Part shown: positions 26,549-36,041 of the stretch, in pieces
Numbering within the stretch: the first letter of the stretch is position 1
How the letters are laid out: each line of letters opens with the position of its first letter
Assembly (NCBI GenBank): GCA_050260455.1
Contig: JBLNCF010000017.1
Span: forward strand, 639-64,638
Source: Bacillota bacterium
GTDB lineage: Bacteria; Patescibacteriota; Minisyncoccia; Phycocordibacterales; Phycocordibacteraceae
DNA length: 64,000 nucleotides
Direction: 5' to 3'
Position numbers and translations under genes: made by a program
Notes under the pieces: model-generated
Databases searched by the model: none
Told to the model about the DNA's origin: nothing
Seen by the model: only the letters and a program-made list of their open reading frames with translations

Positions 26549-27748
26549 ATGGGAGTACCAAAAGCGGCGGTGTGCGAAGAGTGCGGAAGCGATCCAGTAT
26601 TTCACCGGATGACCTACTACACCATCCTCATCGATGAGTCGATGCGAGGGGTGTTTGATCCGGGATTCCTCGGACGATGGTTTGGAAAGGTCGCCCAGGC
26701 AATTGAACGGGTGGTCACGCCCCACCTCATGGAGCTCCTCATGTCGCTTGGCCTTGCAGGACGTGCGACCGAACCGGACGATGGCACGCAGCTACTTGCC
26801 CTCATGCTCTGGAACGAGGCGAAAGACCGCGGCATTACTGTAAACGAATTCCGTCTCTTCGATCTGCCGCGTAATCTTTTTGTAGCGACGTTTCCGACTG
26901 GCAAGAAGATAGCGTACGAAGGTATTCCGTTACCGCCGCGCGCCATCGATCGTGCGCCGTGGCTTGATAACAAGGCGGAAATGAAAAAGCAGTTCGCGAA
27001 GCTCGGGCTTCCGGTTGCCCAGGGGGCGGCAGCAAAGAATTGGTGGGCGGCAAAACGTATATATAGGAAGCTTTCTCCGCCAGTGATTGTGAAGCCATAC
27101 TCTGGTTCTGGCTCGCGTCACACGCTACTTCATATTGATACTCTCGAAGAACTCAAACGTGCATTCAAAATAGCTACCCAGATCTGCCCTGCGGCCGTAA
27201 TCGAAGAAGAACTCGTAGGAGCGGTGTATCGCGCTACCGTAGTGGACGGGAAGCTTGCAGCAACACTTCGCCGCGACCAACCTCACGTCATCGGAGATGG
27301 TGTTCATACGGTTATGGAGCTCATTAATGAAGCGAACAAGCATCCGGCACGTCAGGGTCCATATTTCCATATGATGAAACTGGACGACGCTGCCAAGAAA
27401 GAACTTGCCTGGCAGAAACTTACCGAGACGAGCATTCCGGAGTATGGTCAGCGGGTCACGCTCCATCAGAAGATCAACTGGAGTGTGGGTGGCACTACTG
27501 CGGATGTGTCGGACATCGTCCATCCAGACAACGTCGCGCTATTTGAAGAGGTGGCACGAGTACTCAAGGCGCCGATCGTCGGCCTTGATTTCATTATTGG
27601 TGACATCTCGCTTTCGTGGAGAGACCAGGAACGCTGTGGCATCATTGAATGCAACTCAATGCCGTTCTTTGATAACCATCACTTACCATTTGAGGGTGAG
27701 CCGAGGAACGTAGCCGCTCTGATTTGGGACATGGTTGAGCGCGGATAA
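26549..27748 (+). CDS. ATP-grasp ligase resembling the N-terminal half of cyanophycin synthetase / GshAB
   Basis: VIVKPYSGSGSR, YRATVVDG, VIGDGVHT, GGTTADV, GLDFI, IIECNSMP. Confidence 0.8.
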   Translation: MGVPKAAVCEECGSDPVFHRMTYYTILIDESMRGVFDPGFLGRWFGKVAQAIERVVTPHLMELLMSLGLAGRATEPDDGTQLLALMLWNEAKDRGITVNEFRLFDLPRNLFVATFPTGKKIAYEGIPLPPRAIDRAPWLDNKAEMKKQFAKLGLPVAQGAAAKNWWAAKRIYRKLSPPVIVKPYSGSGSRHTLLHIDTLEELKRAFKIATQICPAAVIEEELVGAVYRATVVDGKLAATLRRDQPHVIGDGVHTVMELINEANKHPARQGPYFHMMKLDDAAKKELAWQKLTETSIPEYGQRVTLHQKINWSVGGTTADVSDIVHPDNVALFEEVARVLKAPIVGLDFIIGDISLSWRDQERCGIIECNSMPFFDNHHLPFEGEPRNVAALIWDMVERG

Positions 27749-27887
27749 GCGCGTGAAGACTTCATTGCAATTACGGAAACGGCACAGTAGAATTGGAGTA
27801 TAGGTCGAGTTTTGCCAGCCAATACCTTTGGACGGCTTTCTTTTTTGCTCGCGCAGGAAAGGAGTCGTTCTCCCACATCACATCACT

Positions 27888-28013
27888 ATGGACGAGATGA
27901 ACAACGACCAGGTCATGGAGGAGCAGACTGCTGACACCATGCCTGAGGAGGAGGCTACGGAAGAGACTTCTTCCGACATGCCTGCCGAGGAGACTGGCGA
28001 AGAGGCTGCGTAA
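27888..28013 (+). CDS. Small highly acidic protein (41 aa)
   Basis: MDEMNNDQVMEEQ…GEEAA; host-like codon usage; followed by terminator. Confidence 0.65.
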   Translation: MDEMNNDQVMEEQTADTMPEEEATEETSSDMPAEETGEEAA

Positions 28014-28031
28014 GCGCCCCTTCGGACAACT

Positions 28032-28067
28032 AACAACAAAGCGCCCGCAAGGGCGCTTTGTTGTTTT
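28032..28067. terminator. Bidirectional intrinsic terminator
   Basis: aacaacaaagcgccc-gcaa-gggcgctttgttgtt. Confidence 0.88.
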
Positions 28068-28080
28068 ACCGTGGCTCCAA

Positions 28081-29004
28081 TTAATGAGCCATGAGCCACT
28101 GGTAGATGTCCTCCAGGGCTTTCACCGCGTTTCCTGCGGCGATGTTGTTCTGGTGATAAAGCTCATCGGTACAATCTCCGGCTGCCCAGATGCCCTCTAC
28201 GGACGTGTGCTGGTTTCGAGCGTCTGTCTTGATGCGGTTCACCTCATCCATGTCCACTACGCCCTTGGCGAAATCAGTGTTAGGCATCACGCCGATTTCG
28301 ACAAAAACACCAGTGACTGGGAGGGAAGTCTCTTCACCGGTATCGCGATGGGCAACTTTCATACCTGTGACGAACTTTTCACCGAGGACTTCCGTCGGCT
28401 CGGTCTTGTACAGCACAGTGAGCTTCGGGTTGGAGAGAAGCTTCTCGACGGTGATCGCATCGCCCTTTAGTTTGTCGTGACGGTGGATGAGTGTAACGCT
28501 CTTGCAGTACGCAAGAAGCTGAGCAGTGGTCTCAAGGCCGGCATTGCCGCCACCTACGACTGCGACATCCTGATCAGCAAACAAGGGACCATCGCAGGAC
28601 GCACAATAGGTCACCCCTTTGTTCTCAAAGGTGTCTGCACCCGGGACGTGCAGCTTCTTACGAGCTGCACCGGAGGCAATGAGTACGGCGCGTGCCATAA
28701 ATGATTTCCCGTCGCGGGTTAAGACCAAGAAGCCACCATCTGTCTTCTCTAACTTTTCTACGCGATCACCCTCAACCACTTCCACAATGTCTCCTTTATA
28801 TGCATCCAAATGTTCTCGGAATGCCTTCGCCATTTCAGCTCCCGGGATTTTCACCGTACCGATCCAGTTCTCAACTCCTTCGGAGACGGTGGATTGTCCC
28901 CCGATTTCTTCGGCGATAAGGACTGATTTCAAACGCTTGCGGGCTGCGTAGACGCCGGCAGAAATGCCGGCAGGACCACCGCCGATGATGATGAGGTCGT
29001 GCAT
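28081..29004 (-). CDS. trxB: Thioredoxin reductase (AhpF C-terminal-like)
   Basis: IIGGGPAG, YCASCDGPLF, VGGGNAG, WAAGD. Confidence 0.88.
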   Translation of the reverse strand: MHDLIIIGGGPAGISAGVYAARKRLKSVLIAEEIGGQSTVSEGVENWIGTVKIPGAEMAKAFREHLDAYKGDIVEVVEGDRVEKLEKTDGGFLVLTRDGKSFMARAVLIASGAARKKLHVPGADTFENKGVTYCASCDGPLFADQDVAVVGGGNAGLETTAQLLAYCKSVTLIHRHDKLKGDAITVEKLLSNPKLTVLYKTEPTEVLGEKFVTGMKVAHRDTGEETSLPVTGVFVEIGVMPNTDFAKGVVDMDEVNRIKTDARNQHTSVEGIWAAGDCTDELYHQNNIAAGNAVKALEDIYQWLMAH

Positions 29005-29019
29005 AGTGAGGCAAGTATA

Positions 29020-29052
29020 ACAAAATCCCCGGCGCTTGGCCGGGGATTTTGT
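29020..29052 (-). terminator. Intrinsic terminator after ftsZ
   Basis: acaaaatccccgg / ccggggattttgt. Confidence 0.8.
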
Positions 29053-29064
29053 ATTAGAAGATGA

Positions 29065-30351
29065 TTATTTCTTGTGGCGGCGGAGGAAGGAGGGAATTGC
29101 ACCCCAGGCCTCATCCTCTTCCTCTGCAGGCTGCTTCGCAGACGGAGGAGTAACCGTTTTAGGAGCTTCCTCGCGGGGCTTCGGCTGTGCCGTCACGATG
29201 GGTTCGGGCTTCTCGCGACGCTCTTCCTTCGGAGCTTCCTCGGGGGCGGGAGCAGGTGCGGGTTCTTCCGCATGCTTGCGGAGCACGTCGTTGAAAATCT
29301 TGCCGCGAGTCTCCTCCTGCTCCTTGGCAGGCATAGCAAAGAGGGAGCGCTCAAAGCCGGCAGGACCTGCCGAGCTCGTGTCGGCTGCTGCGGACTCGGG
29401 GAAGCCAGTCGCAATGACGATGATGCGGATCTGGCCCTTCTTGAGCTTCTCGTCGCGCATGATACCGAAGATGACCTTGGCAGACTTGTCTACCGAGTCG
29501 CTCACGACCTTGGCAGCTTCCTGAACCTCGAGGATACCCAGATCGTCGGAGCCGGCAACGACGAAGAGTACGCCCTTTGCACCCGAGATAGAGACATCGA
29601 GAAGTGGAGAATTGACGGCCTGTGCCGCTGCATCAGCGGCGCGACGATCGCCATCAGCAATACCGATACCCATGAGGGCCGGACCTGCACCTTCCATGAT
29701 GGTCTTGATGTCATTGAAGTCGGTATTGATTTCACCCGGCGTGGTGATGATGTCAGACACACCTTCAACGGCCTGGCGGAGAATCTCATCGGCCATGGCG
29801 AATGCCGATTTGGCGCTGGTCTGTGCCTCGACAATGGCGAGGAGTTTGTCGTTCGGAATCACGATAAACGCGTCGACTTCCTGCTTAAGATCAGCAAGGC
29901 CGCGCTCAGCGATGTCCTTGCGCTGTGCGCCTTCGAATGTGAACGGACGAGTGACGACGGCGATAGTGAGTGCACCGATCTCCTTGGCAATGCGTGCGAC
30001 TACCGGTGCTGCACCCGTGCCAGTGCCGCCTCCCATACCGCAGGTGATGAACACCATGTCCGAACCCTGGAGAGCTTCCTGGATCTCTTGGCGGGTCTCC
30101 TCGGCGGCGCGCTTGCCGAGGTCAGGGTTCATACCCGTGCCGAGGCCGCGGGTAAGATTCTTGCCGATATGGATCTTGCGCTTGGCAAGGCTGCGATGCA
30201 GGTCTTGTGCATCGGAGTTAACTGCGATGAATTCCACTCCCTTCACCTTGGAATTCACCATGTGATTGACTGCATTGCAGCCCGAACCTCCCACGCCCAC
30301 CACGCGAATGCGTGCAAATGTTTCGATCTCTGGTTCTACGCGCTTGGACAT
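29065..30351 (-). CDS. ftsZ: Cell division protein FtsZ
   Basis: VVGVGGSG, GMGGGTGTG, C-terminal IPSFLR. Confidence 0.99.
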   Translation of the reverse strand: MSKRVEPEIETFARIRVVGVGGSGCNAVNHMVNSKVKGVEFIAVNSDAQDLHRSLAKRKIHIGKNLTRGLGTGMNPDLGKRAAEETRQEIQEALQGSDMVFITCGMGGGTGTGAAPVVARIAKEIGALTIAVVTRPFTFEGAQRKDIAERGLADLKQEVDAFIVIPNDKLLAIVEAQTSAKSAFAMADEILRQAVEGVSDIITTPGEINTDFNDIKTIMEGAGPALMGIGIADGDRRAADAAAQAVNSPLLDVSISGAKGVLFVVAGSDDLGILEVQEAAKVVSDSVDKSAKVIFGIMRDEKLKKGQIRIIVIATGFPESAAADTSSAGPAGFERSLFAMPAKEQEETRGKIFNDVLRKHAEEPAPAPAPEEAPKEERREKPEPIVTAQPKPREEAPKTVTPPSAKQPAEEEDEAWGAIPSFLRRHKK

Positions 30352-30444
30352 AGTAAAGAATTAAGCCGCCAATTTATGGTCGCTTCATGATACCAGGGCA
30401 CGCAATTACGCAAATATTGACAAGAACCGGATTCGTTTCGACGT

Positions 30445-31611
30445 TTATGGCAAGAATTGCTTGATGAAACGCTCAAATGAGGTACCAAAACCTGCGAATC
30501 GATGTTTTTTTGGCGTCTCGGTGTCTCCGGTGAGACCCCAGAGGGCAAGGCCATACGCGACTGCCCAGGTGGCATCGCGCACCTTACTGTCATTGCTGAC
30601 CTTCATGTCTGCGATGCGTGCGGGGAGGGCGAGTGTGCCTTTTGCAATATCGGCGATGGAGCCCTGACCAGAGGCACCACCCGAGATGACGATACCTGCA
30701 GGAAGAGCTCCTTTACGTCCGAGTGATTTCAAATGTTTGTCGATAAGTTCGAACATTGCGCGGAAGCGTGCTGCAATGACTTCTTCCACTTTGCGGCGTG
30801 GGTACATAGATCCACCGAGCCGTCCGATCTTCAAACGCTCCGCATCCTCAAGCGAGACCTTGAAGCCGAGCGCAAGGTCATCAGTGATGTTGGTGGAGCC
30901 GATGGGGAACACTTTTACCGACATGGGGACGCCCTCATCGTAGACCACGATAGAGACGGTTTCGGCGCCGATGTTCGCGAGCACACAGCCTTTCATCTTC
31001 TGGTCTTTGGAAAGCGTGACGTAGGAGCCTGCGAGCGGGGAAGCCATACGATCGATGACCTCAATGTCAGCGGCCTCAATAGCGTGGGTGAGAAGATTTT
31101 CATGGCTCTCTAGACAGGTGATGAACAGGTAATCCACCTCAAGACGGGTGCCCTTAAGGCCATACGGCTCACCCAGGCACTTGGCACCATCAACGCGGTA
31201 TTCGAGAGGAATCTCGTGGAGTACGCGACGGTTGAGGAAATTAGGCGCTGCCGCTTCGCGCGCGGACTCCCGTGTCTTGGCAACATCGAGATCGGTAATC
31301 TCTTGGTCAGCACGGGAGATGATAGTGGTGCCGCTTGCGCGCACTTCATCGAGCGATACTCCGCCGATGGCGACGAATCCTTTCTTGATAGGAACGTGAG
31401 CGATCTGTTCCGCCTGGTGCTTGGCCGCTCGTACGCTTGCGGCAACATCCTCTACATCTACGACGTAGCCATGATGCATACCGGCACTCTGGGCGAGTCC
31501 GGTGCCGATGATGTGTATCGCGGACCCTTCAGGTCCGCTTACCTCCTCGACCACCACGATTTTCGTGTGGTGTGTTCCGATATCGATTCCGGTTGCGATG
31601 CGTCGGGACAT
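30445..31611 (-). CDS. ftsA: Cell division protein FtsA
   Basis: GIDIGT, IGAET, ITDDLA, GIVISGG; upstream of ftsZ. Confidence 0.93.
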   Translation of the reverse strand: MSRRIATGIDIGTHHTKIVVVEEVSGPEGSAIHIIGTGLAQSAGMHHGYVVDVEDVAASVRAAKHQAEQIAHVPIKKGFVAIGGVSLDEVRASGTTIISRADQEITDLDVAKTRESAREAAAPNFLNRRVLHEIPLEYRVDGAKCLGEPYGLKGTRLEVDYLFITCLESHENLLTHAIEAADIEVIDRMASPLAGSYVTLSKDQKMKGCVLANIGAETVSIVVYDEGVPMSVKVFPIGSTNITDDLALGFKVSLEDAERLKIGRLGGSMYPRRKVEEVIAARFRAMFELIDKHLKSLGRKGALPAGIVISGGASGQGSIADIAKGTLALPARIADMKVSNDSKVRDATWAVAYGLALWGLTGDTETPKKHRFAGFGTSFERFIKQFLP

Positions 31612-31999
31612 TCGAGGTAGTTACATTAATAAAACGCTTGAGCAGCGCGCGTTCTTGTATATCCATTGTATCCCCGTGCACCACGCCCTTCAAATGTAGT
31701 AGACCGTGGATAAAGAGGAAGCCAATCATGGCTGTGGTGGAAAGGTCGTATGAAAACGCCTGACGTTTGGCGACTTCTGGGCAGATAATGATCTCACCAG
31801 ACTTAGGACCAACAACGTATGAGAGCACATTCGGGATGTAGTCTTTTCCACGCAGAGAGATATTCAGTGACTTCGCGCGTTTCTCTCCAGCAAATACGAG
31901 CGAGAGTTCCCAGCCGGGAAGAACGGCCTCAAGTGCTTTATCAAAAGGAAAATTCACCCGCGCAGAGCGAGTGAAGTTTCGTATCTCGAGTCGAGACAT
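31529..31999 (-). CDS. ybeY: rRNA maturation endoribonuclease YbeY
   Basis: LN…RGKDYIPNVLS, IHGLLHLKG…H; 3' end overlaps ftsA by 83 nt. Confidence 0.9.
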   Translation of the reverse strand: MSRLEIRNFTRSARVNFPFDKALEAVLPGWELSLVFAGEKRAKSLNISLRGKDYIPNVLSYVVGPKSGEIIICPEVAKRQAFSYDLSTTAMIGFLFIHGLLHLKGVVHGDTMDIQERALLKRFINVTTSNVPTHRNRNRYRNTPHENRGGRGGKRT

Positions 32000-32017
32000 T
32001 AGGAGGAGAAAGAGAAG

Positions 32018-32275
32018 CTAGCGCTTCTTGGTTCGACGAGCGGCCGGATCAATCTTGCCGAGCTTCACTGCCTCGTTATATGCCTCGCGGCGGGTTGCTG
32101 CGACGAGCGCACGAGCGTGATCGACGTTCTTCGACTTCTGGCGCGTGTAATAGCGACGCTTCCTCATCATACGGACGAGGTTCAAGCCCTGGGCACGGCG
32201 GGAGAAACGGCGAATAAGCGAGGCGGTGCTCTCGTTCTTGCCGCGCTGTACTTCGACGCGTGATGCGTTTGTCAT
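32018..32275 (-). CDS. rpsU: 30S ribosomal protein bS21-like
   Basis: Basic 85 aa; ESTASLIRRFSRR…RRYY pattern. Confidence 0.7.
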   Translation of the reverse strand: MTNASRVEVQRGKNESTASLIRRFSRRAQGLNLVRMMRKRRYYTRQKSKNVDHARALVAATRREAYNEAVKLGKIDPAARRTKKR

Positions 32276-32380
32276 GTAGGTAGGAGCATAGCATAACGGG
32301 GCTATTTTGGGCAACTGGTATGTAAAAAGCCGCCCCTTCCTTTCGGTCGGAGCGGCTGGAACTAGGTGCCGTTAGATGGT

Positions 32381-32845
32381 TCAGGCCACGCGACGCAACG
32401 GCTCGGCGGTCGTCCCTTCGGCCGGAAGCAGGGGCAGTTGCGTCTGGTCTTCCGGCTGGATCGCATCGCTTGTGGGCGATTCCGTCGGGGCCTTGAGGTG
32501 CTCGGGGTCGTCTGGCAGCTCCAGGTCGTCATCTTCATAGTTGGCTGGTTCCAGACGGTTCCAGCCGTAGATGAAGAAGATGGTGCCCAGGATGGCGAGG
32601 ATGGTCGGAGCGACCATGCCGAGAGTGCCGGAGCCGAGGAACCGTTCAGCCGGACCCGGATAGAGGGTGGTCTCCACCCCGCGGGCCGCATCGGCGCCGA
32701 GGCTGATCAACGTGCCGCCGTAGGCGATTTCCTCGTTGAGCATCTGGACCAGGGCGTTGCCGCCGTAGAGGCTCGCGCCGATGAGGGCGGCGCCGGCCAG
32801 GATGGAAGTTACGCCGATGAACCGGTTGCTGATGAATTTGCTCAT
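32381..32845 (-). CDS. Hypothetical 2-TM protein with acidic tail (orphan)
   Basis: GGGGAG SD; TTGACT-16-CATAAT promoter; GC-richer codon usage. Confidence 0.7.
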   Translation of the reverse strand: MSKFISNRFIGVTSILAGAALIGASLYGGNALVQMLNEEIAYGGTLISLGADAARGVETTLYPGPAERFLGSGTLGMVAPTILAILGTIFFIYGWNRLEPANYEDDDLELPDDPEHLKAPTESPTSDAIQPEDQTQLPLLPAEGTTAEPLRRVA

Positions 32846-32917
32846 GGATCTCCCCGTAGTGAGCGTTGGAACCAACAGGTGAACTAGGAATATTATGTAC
32901 TAATCATAGTGAAAGTC

Positions 32918-32940
32918 AAGCCCCGCTTGAGGCGGGGCTT
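32918..32940 (-). terminator. Hairpin terminator after the HisRS-like gene
   Basis: aagccccgc-ttgag-gcggggctt. Confidence 0.7.
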
Positions 32941-34087
32941 AGGCGACTGCCTTTAGGCGATCCACCAAGGAATCAAGAGGTATGAACGTTTCCGTGTGCG
33001 TGGCACGTTCGCGTAGGATGACCGAGCGTTCGAGAGCCTCCTTACGACCCATGATGAGGAGATAGGGAGCTCCGGTAGAGTCAGCGAGCCGCATCTGTTC
33101 GGTGAGCGATTCAACTCCAATCGCCTGTGTGAGAGGAATGCGTGCATGACGAAGGGTATCAGCCATCTTCATGCTTTCGCGCTTAGCCTCTTCACCAATG
33201 TGGACGAATACGAACCGAGGAGTGCCGCGTTCCTTCATGGGCGATACTTCGGAACGATCATCAAGGGTGATGCGTACAACCGCACCCACGGAGGCAAGCG
33301 TTCCCTTGAAAAAGGGCTTGGTGAGCTCCATATGACGAGAACCCCATGCCTGCACTTGGTCGTCTCCCAGAATCTCGAAGCAGGTCTCTGTCCAGGCGTT
33401 GCCGCGCGACAGAATATCGGGTGCGAGCTCGTAAGAGGTATCGGTGGCTTCAAGGTATTCGAGCACTGCCTCGAAGTGTTTGCGACTCGCTTCCGAAAGG
33501 TGATCGGTAGGAGAGGGGAGGAACTCGCACGAACCATCTTGGCACTTAATGAGCTTCTCTGCTGCTTCAAATACATCGGTGCGAGCACAGGTAACGCAGT
33601 CAGCAGGAAGGTTCGCGCCATTCTTGCGGAAGAAGCCGGTGAGTTCGCGCGCGAAACGGCTGCGCGTTTCTTTGTCACCCATCGAGTTCAAACGGAGGCG
33701 CGGCTCGGTTTTCGAGAGATCTGCCACGAGTGAACGGACGGCGCGGATGAGTACAGCGTCGGCGATGGCACGCTCCACCCCAAAGGCATGGAACTGCACC
33801 ACAATGGACTTCGGAGCTGCACGGCCGGCAGCAGCGTTGCTGTGCCAAATGAAGAGCGGCTGCGTGCTTGAGGGAGCAAGTCCGGCATCGCGTACGTGCT
33901 TCACGAGCGAGGTCACCTCGCGGGCGATGGGATCAAGCTTCTCTAGATCAAGTGAGTCGGGGTAGGGCGCACGAGCGCCTGAACCTTTCTTCGCTGCGGC
34001 AGCTGACGAAAGCGACGTGAATCCGTAATAGGTACCGATCGCCGACGCGCGACGAAGAACATCAGACGGAGTCAGGTGTGTACTCAT
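32939..34087 (-). CDS. Degenerate histidyl-tRNA synthetase paralog with HGTP anticodon-binding domain
   Basis: YYGF, LRLNSMGD, APYLLIMGRKE…VILRE; class II motif 2/3 residues not recognisable. Confidence 0.78.
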   Translation of the reverse strand: MSTHLTPSDVLRRASAIGTYYGFTSLSSAAAAKKGSGARAPYPDSLDLEKLDPIAREVTSLVKHVRDAGLAPSSTQPLFIWHSNAAAGRAAPKSIVVQFHAFGVERAIADAVLIRAVRSLVADLSKTEPRLRLNSMGDKETRSRFARELTGFFRKNGANLPADCVTCARTDVFEAAEKLIKCQDGSCEFLPSPTDHLSEASRKHFEAVLEYLEATDTSYELAPDILSRGNAWTETCFEILGDDQVQAWGSRHMELTKPFFKGTLASVGAVVRITLDDRSEVSPMKERGTPRFVFVHIGEEAKRESMKMADTLRHARIPLTQAIGVESLTEQMRLADSTGAPYLLIMGRKEALERSVILRERATHTETFIPLDSLVDRLKAVA

Positions 34088-34635
34088 TGCGGTTCTGTGG
34101 CGGAGCCCGGGAGCACGCCTACTTCAGTTGCAGGAAGCAGCCGTACGAATGCGCGACCCATGATGTCTTTCTTCGGAAGCGGGCCCCAGATGCGCGAATC
34201 GGAACTGCGCGGGCGATTGTCACCCATGACGAAGTACTGATCCGGACCAAGTGTCGTGTCTTGGGTGTAGGTCGCATCTTCAGTGACGACATAGGATTCA
34301 TCGAGCGTCACGGTGGTACCGTCAGTCTTCGTGACGGTGGTTTTCCCGTGATCGATGTGCACCGTTTCTCCGGGGAGACCTACGATGCGTTTGATGTAAA
34401 ACACGCTTGGGTCACCCGGGTAGCGGAATACGATTACGTCGCCGCGCTTTGGAGCGGAAACGTGGTAGGTAAGCTCATCGACGATGAGGTAGTCACCGCT
34501 TTCGAACGTGGGATGCATAGACTCACCCTCGACGACGAAGGGTTGTGCGACGAAGAGTCGGATGGGCACAACTATGATGATGGCGAGAAAAATGAAGGTA
34601 AGGATCTCCTTGAAGGCGCTCCCGAGGAACTTCAT
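34084..34635 (-). CDS. lepB: Signal peptidase I
   Basis: GESMHPT, YIKRIVGLPGE, MGDNRPRSSDSR. Confidence 0.96.
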   Translation of the reverse strand: MKFLGSAFKEILTFIFLAIIIVVPIRLFVAQPFVVEGESMHPTFESGDYLIVDELTYHVSAPKRGDVIVFRYPGDPSVFYIKRIVGLPGETVHIDHGKTTVTKTDGTTVTLDESYVVTEDATYTQDTTLGPDQYFVMGDNRPRSSDSRIWGPLPKKDIMGRAFVRLLPATEVGVLPGSATEPQ

Positions 34636-34701
34636 AGTGAGGGTATTGTATTCCTACTTACGAGCGCGTCAAATGTTTCGCTCTACGCTATGATGCAAGC
34701 G

Positions 34702-35463
34702 ATGGAAACGAGGGAACTGGTGCTCACAAATCGCGATGGAAAACGCATGCCGGCGACACTCCAGCTCCCGGACGGTGCGCCGAAAGGTGTTGCTCTAGTG
34801 CTCCATGGGATTGGAGGATGGCGGTCGCAGCCGGTACTTACACACACGGCTGACGCACTTCAGGCGGAAGGGTATGCGGTACTGCGGTTCGACGAGTCCG
34901 ACGGCATCACGGCACCGGATAACGACTTCTTTCACAACACCACTACGCATTACCTGCGGGATGTAGATGATGTTATTGCATTCATGCACACACAGGACTG
35001 GTACCGAGCACCGATGATCCTCGCAGGCCACTCAATGGGTGGTCTCGTGGCAGCAAAGTATGCCAGTGAACACCTGAATGAGGTATCGAAGCTTATCCTT
35101 CTTGCGCCCGCCATGTCGTTGCGCACTATGTGGTGGGGTCAGCTCCCCTTTGCGCTCATGTGGCTCATTCGTGGGCACTGGAAGATGCTTGGAATTGATG
35201 GGAGGAAATTCGTTCTGGGTCCTGACTGGCTGAAAGATTTTGCTCGATATAGTGGATATAAATGTGCGCCGCTAATCACTGCTCCCACCCTCATCATTTC
35301 TGCTGAACGCGATTACACGGTCGCAAAACCACGAGAGCATCGTTTGTACGCTCGTCGTTTCCCGAATGCAGAGCACTCCACTATCACCTGGGCCGATCAT
35401 GACTTCGACGGGCATGAAGCGGAGGTCGCTGCTACAATCAGGCAATGGCTTACGTCATCCTAG
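34702..35463 (+). CDS. Alpha/beta hydrolase (start uncertain: ATG 34690, 34693 or 34702)
   Basis: LHG, GHSMGG nucleophile elbow, Asp in ERDYTV, ADH. Confidence 0.88.
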   Translation: METRELVLTNRDGKRMPATLQLPDGAPKGVALVLHGIGGWRSQPVLTHTADALQAEGYAVLRFDESDGITAPDNDFFHNTTTHYLRDVDDVIAFMHTQDWYRAPMILAGHSMGGLVAAKYASEHLNEVSKLILLAPAMSLRTMWWGQLPFALMWLIRGHWKMLGIDGRKFVLGPDWLKDFARYSGYKCAPLITAPTLIISAERDYTVAKPREHRLYARRFPNAEHSTITWADHDFDGHEAEVAATIRQWLTSS

Positions 35464-36041
35464 GGCTCGGCAATCCAGAAGGTGAATACGCAAAGACACG
35501 TCACAATGCGGGTCGTCTTGCAGTGGAACGCATTGCAGCCGAGTACGATTTCCCCGAGTTCACGCTTAGGAAAGCGGCTAACGCACTCGTATCCGAAGGC
35601 GCCATTGCGGGTGAGAAGGTTGTGCTCGTCCTCCCGAACGTTGCGATGAACCTGTCTGGCAAAGTCGCACCGAGTTTCATAAAATCGAAGCCCGCCGCAA
35701 AGAAACTTCTCGTCATCCGTGACGAACTCGATATGCCGCTCGGAGCCATGAAGATGACGTTCGGTCGCGGTAGTGGCGGTCATAAAGGCGTCGAGAGTAT
35801 TATGCGTGCGCTAAAGACAAAGGATTTTGCACAGATGAAGCTCGGTATCTCTGGTCAGACGGCGAAAGGGAAACTTAAAAAGCCCGGAGACGAAGAGAAG
35901 GTAGTGAAGCATGTGCTTGGCAAGTGGAAGCCTGAAGAGGAAAAGACGTTGAAGAGGGTGCTGGGAAAAGCAGTCGAAGCAACACACGCATTTATTGCAG
36001 AAGACATTGAGCGCGCGATGCTCATCGCGAATACGCGTTAA
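35445..36041 (+). CDS. pth: Peptidyl-tRNA hydrolase
   Basis: GLGNP…YAKTRHNAG, MNLSG, DELD, GGHKG. Confidence 0.96.
   Translation: MAYVILGLGNPEGEYAKTRHNAGRLAVERIAAEYDFPEFTLRKAANALVSEGAIAGEKVVLVLPNVAMNLSGKVAPSFIKSKPAAKKLLVIRDELDMPLGAMKMTFGRGSGGHKGVESIMRALKTKDFAQMKLGISGQTAKGKLKKPGDEEKVVKHVLGKWKPEEEKTLKRVLGKAVEATHAFIAEDIERAMLIANTR

Noticed and set aside
29074-30390. Long antisense ORFs (438 aa opposite ftsZ; also 11055-12191, 39728-40879, 42568-43590, 56644-57675, 62628-63560)
   Set aside because: They shadow well-supported genes on the other strand, have no motifs, and are expected from codon bias
32366-32887. 173-aa + strand ORF
   Set aside because: The - strand ORF has the SD, promoter and TM pattern
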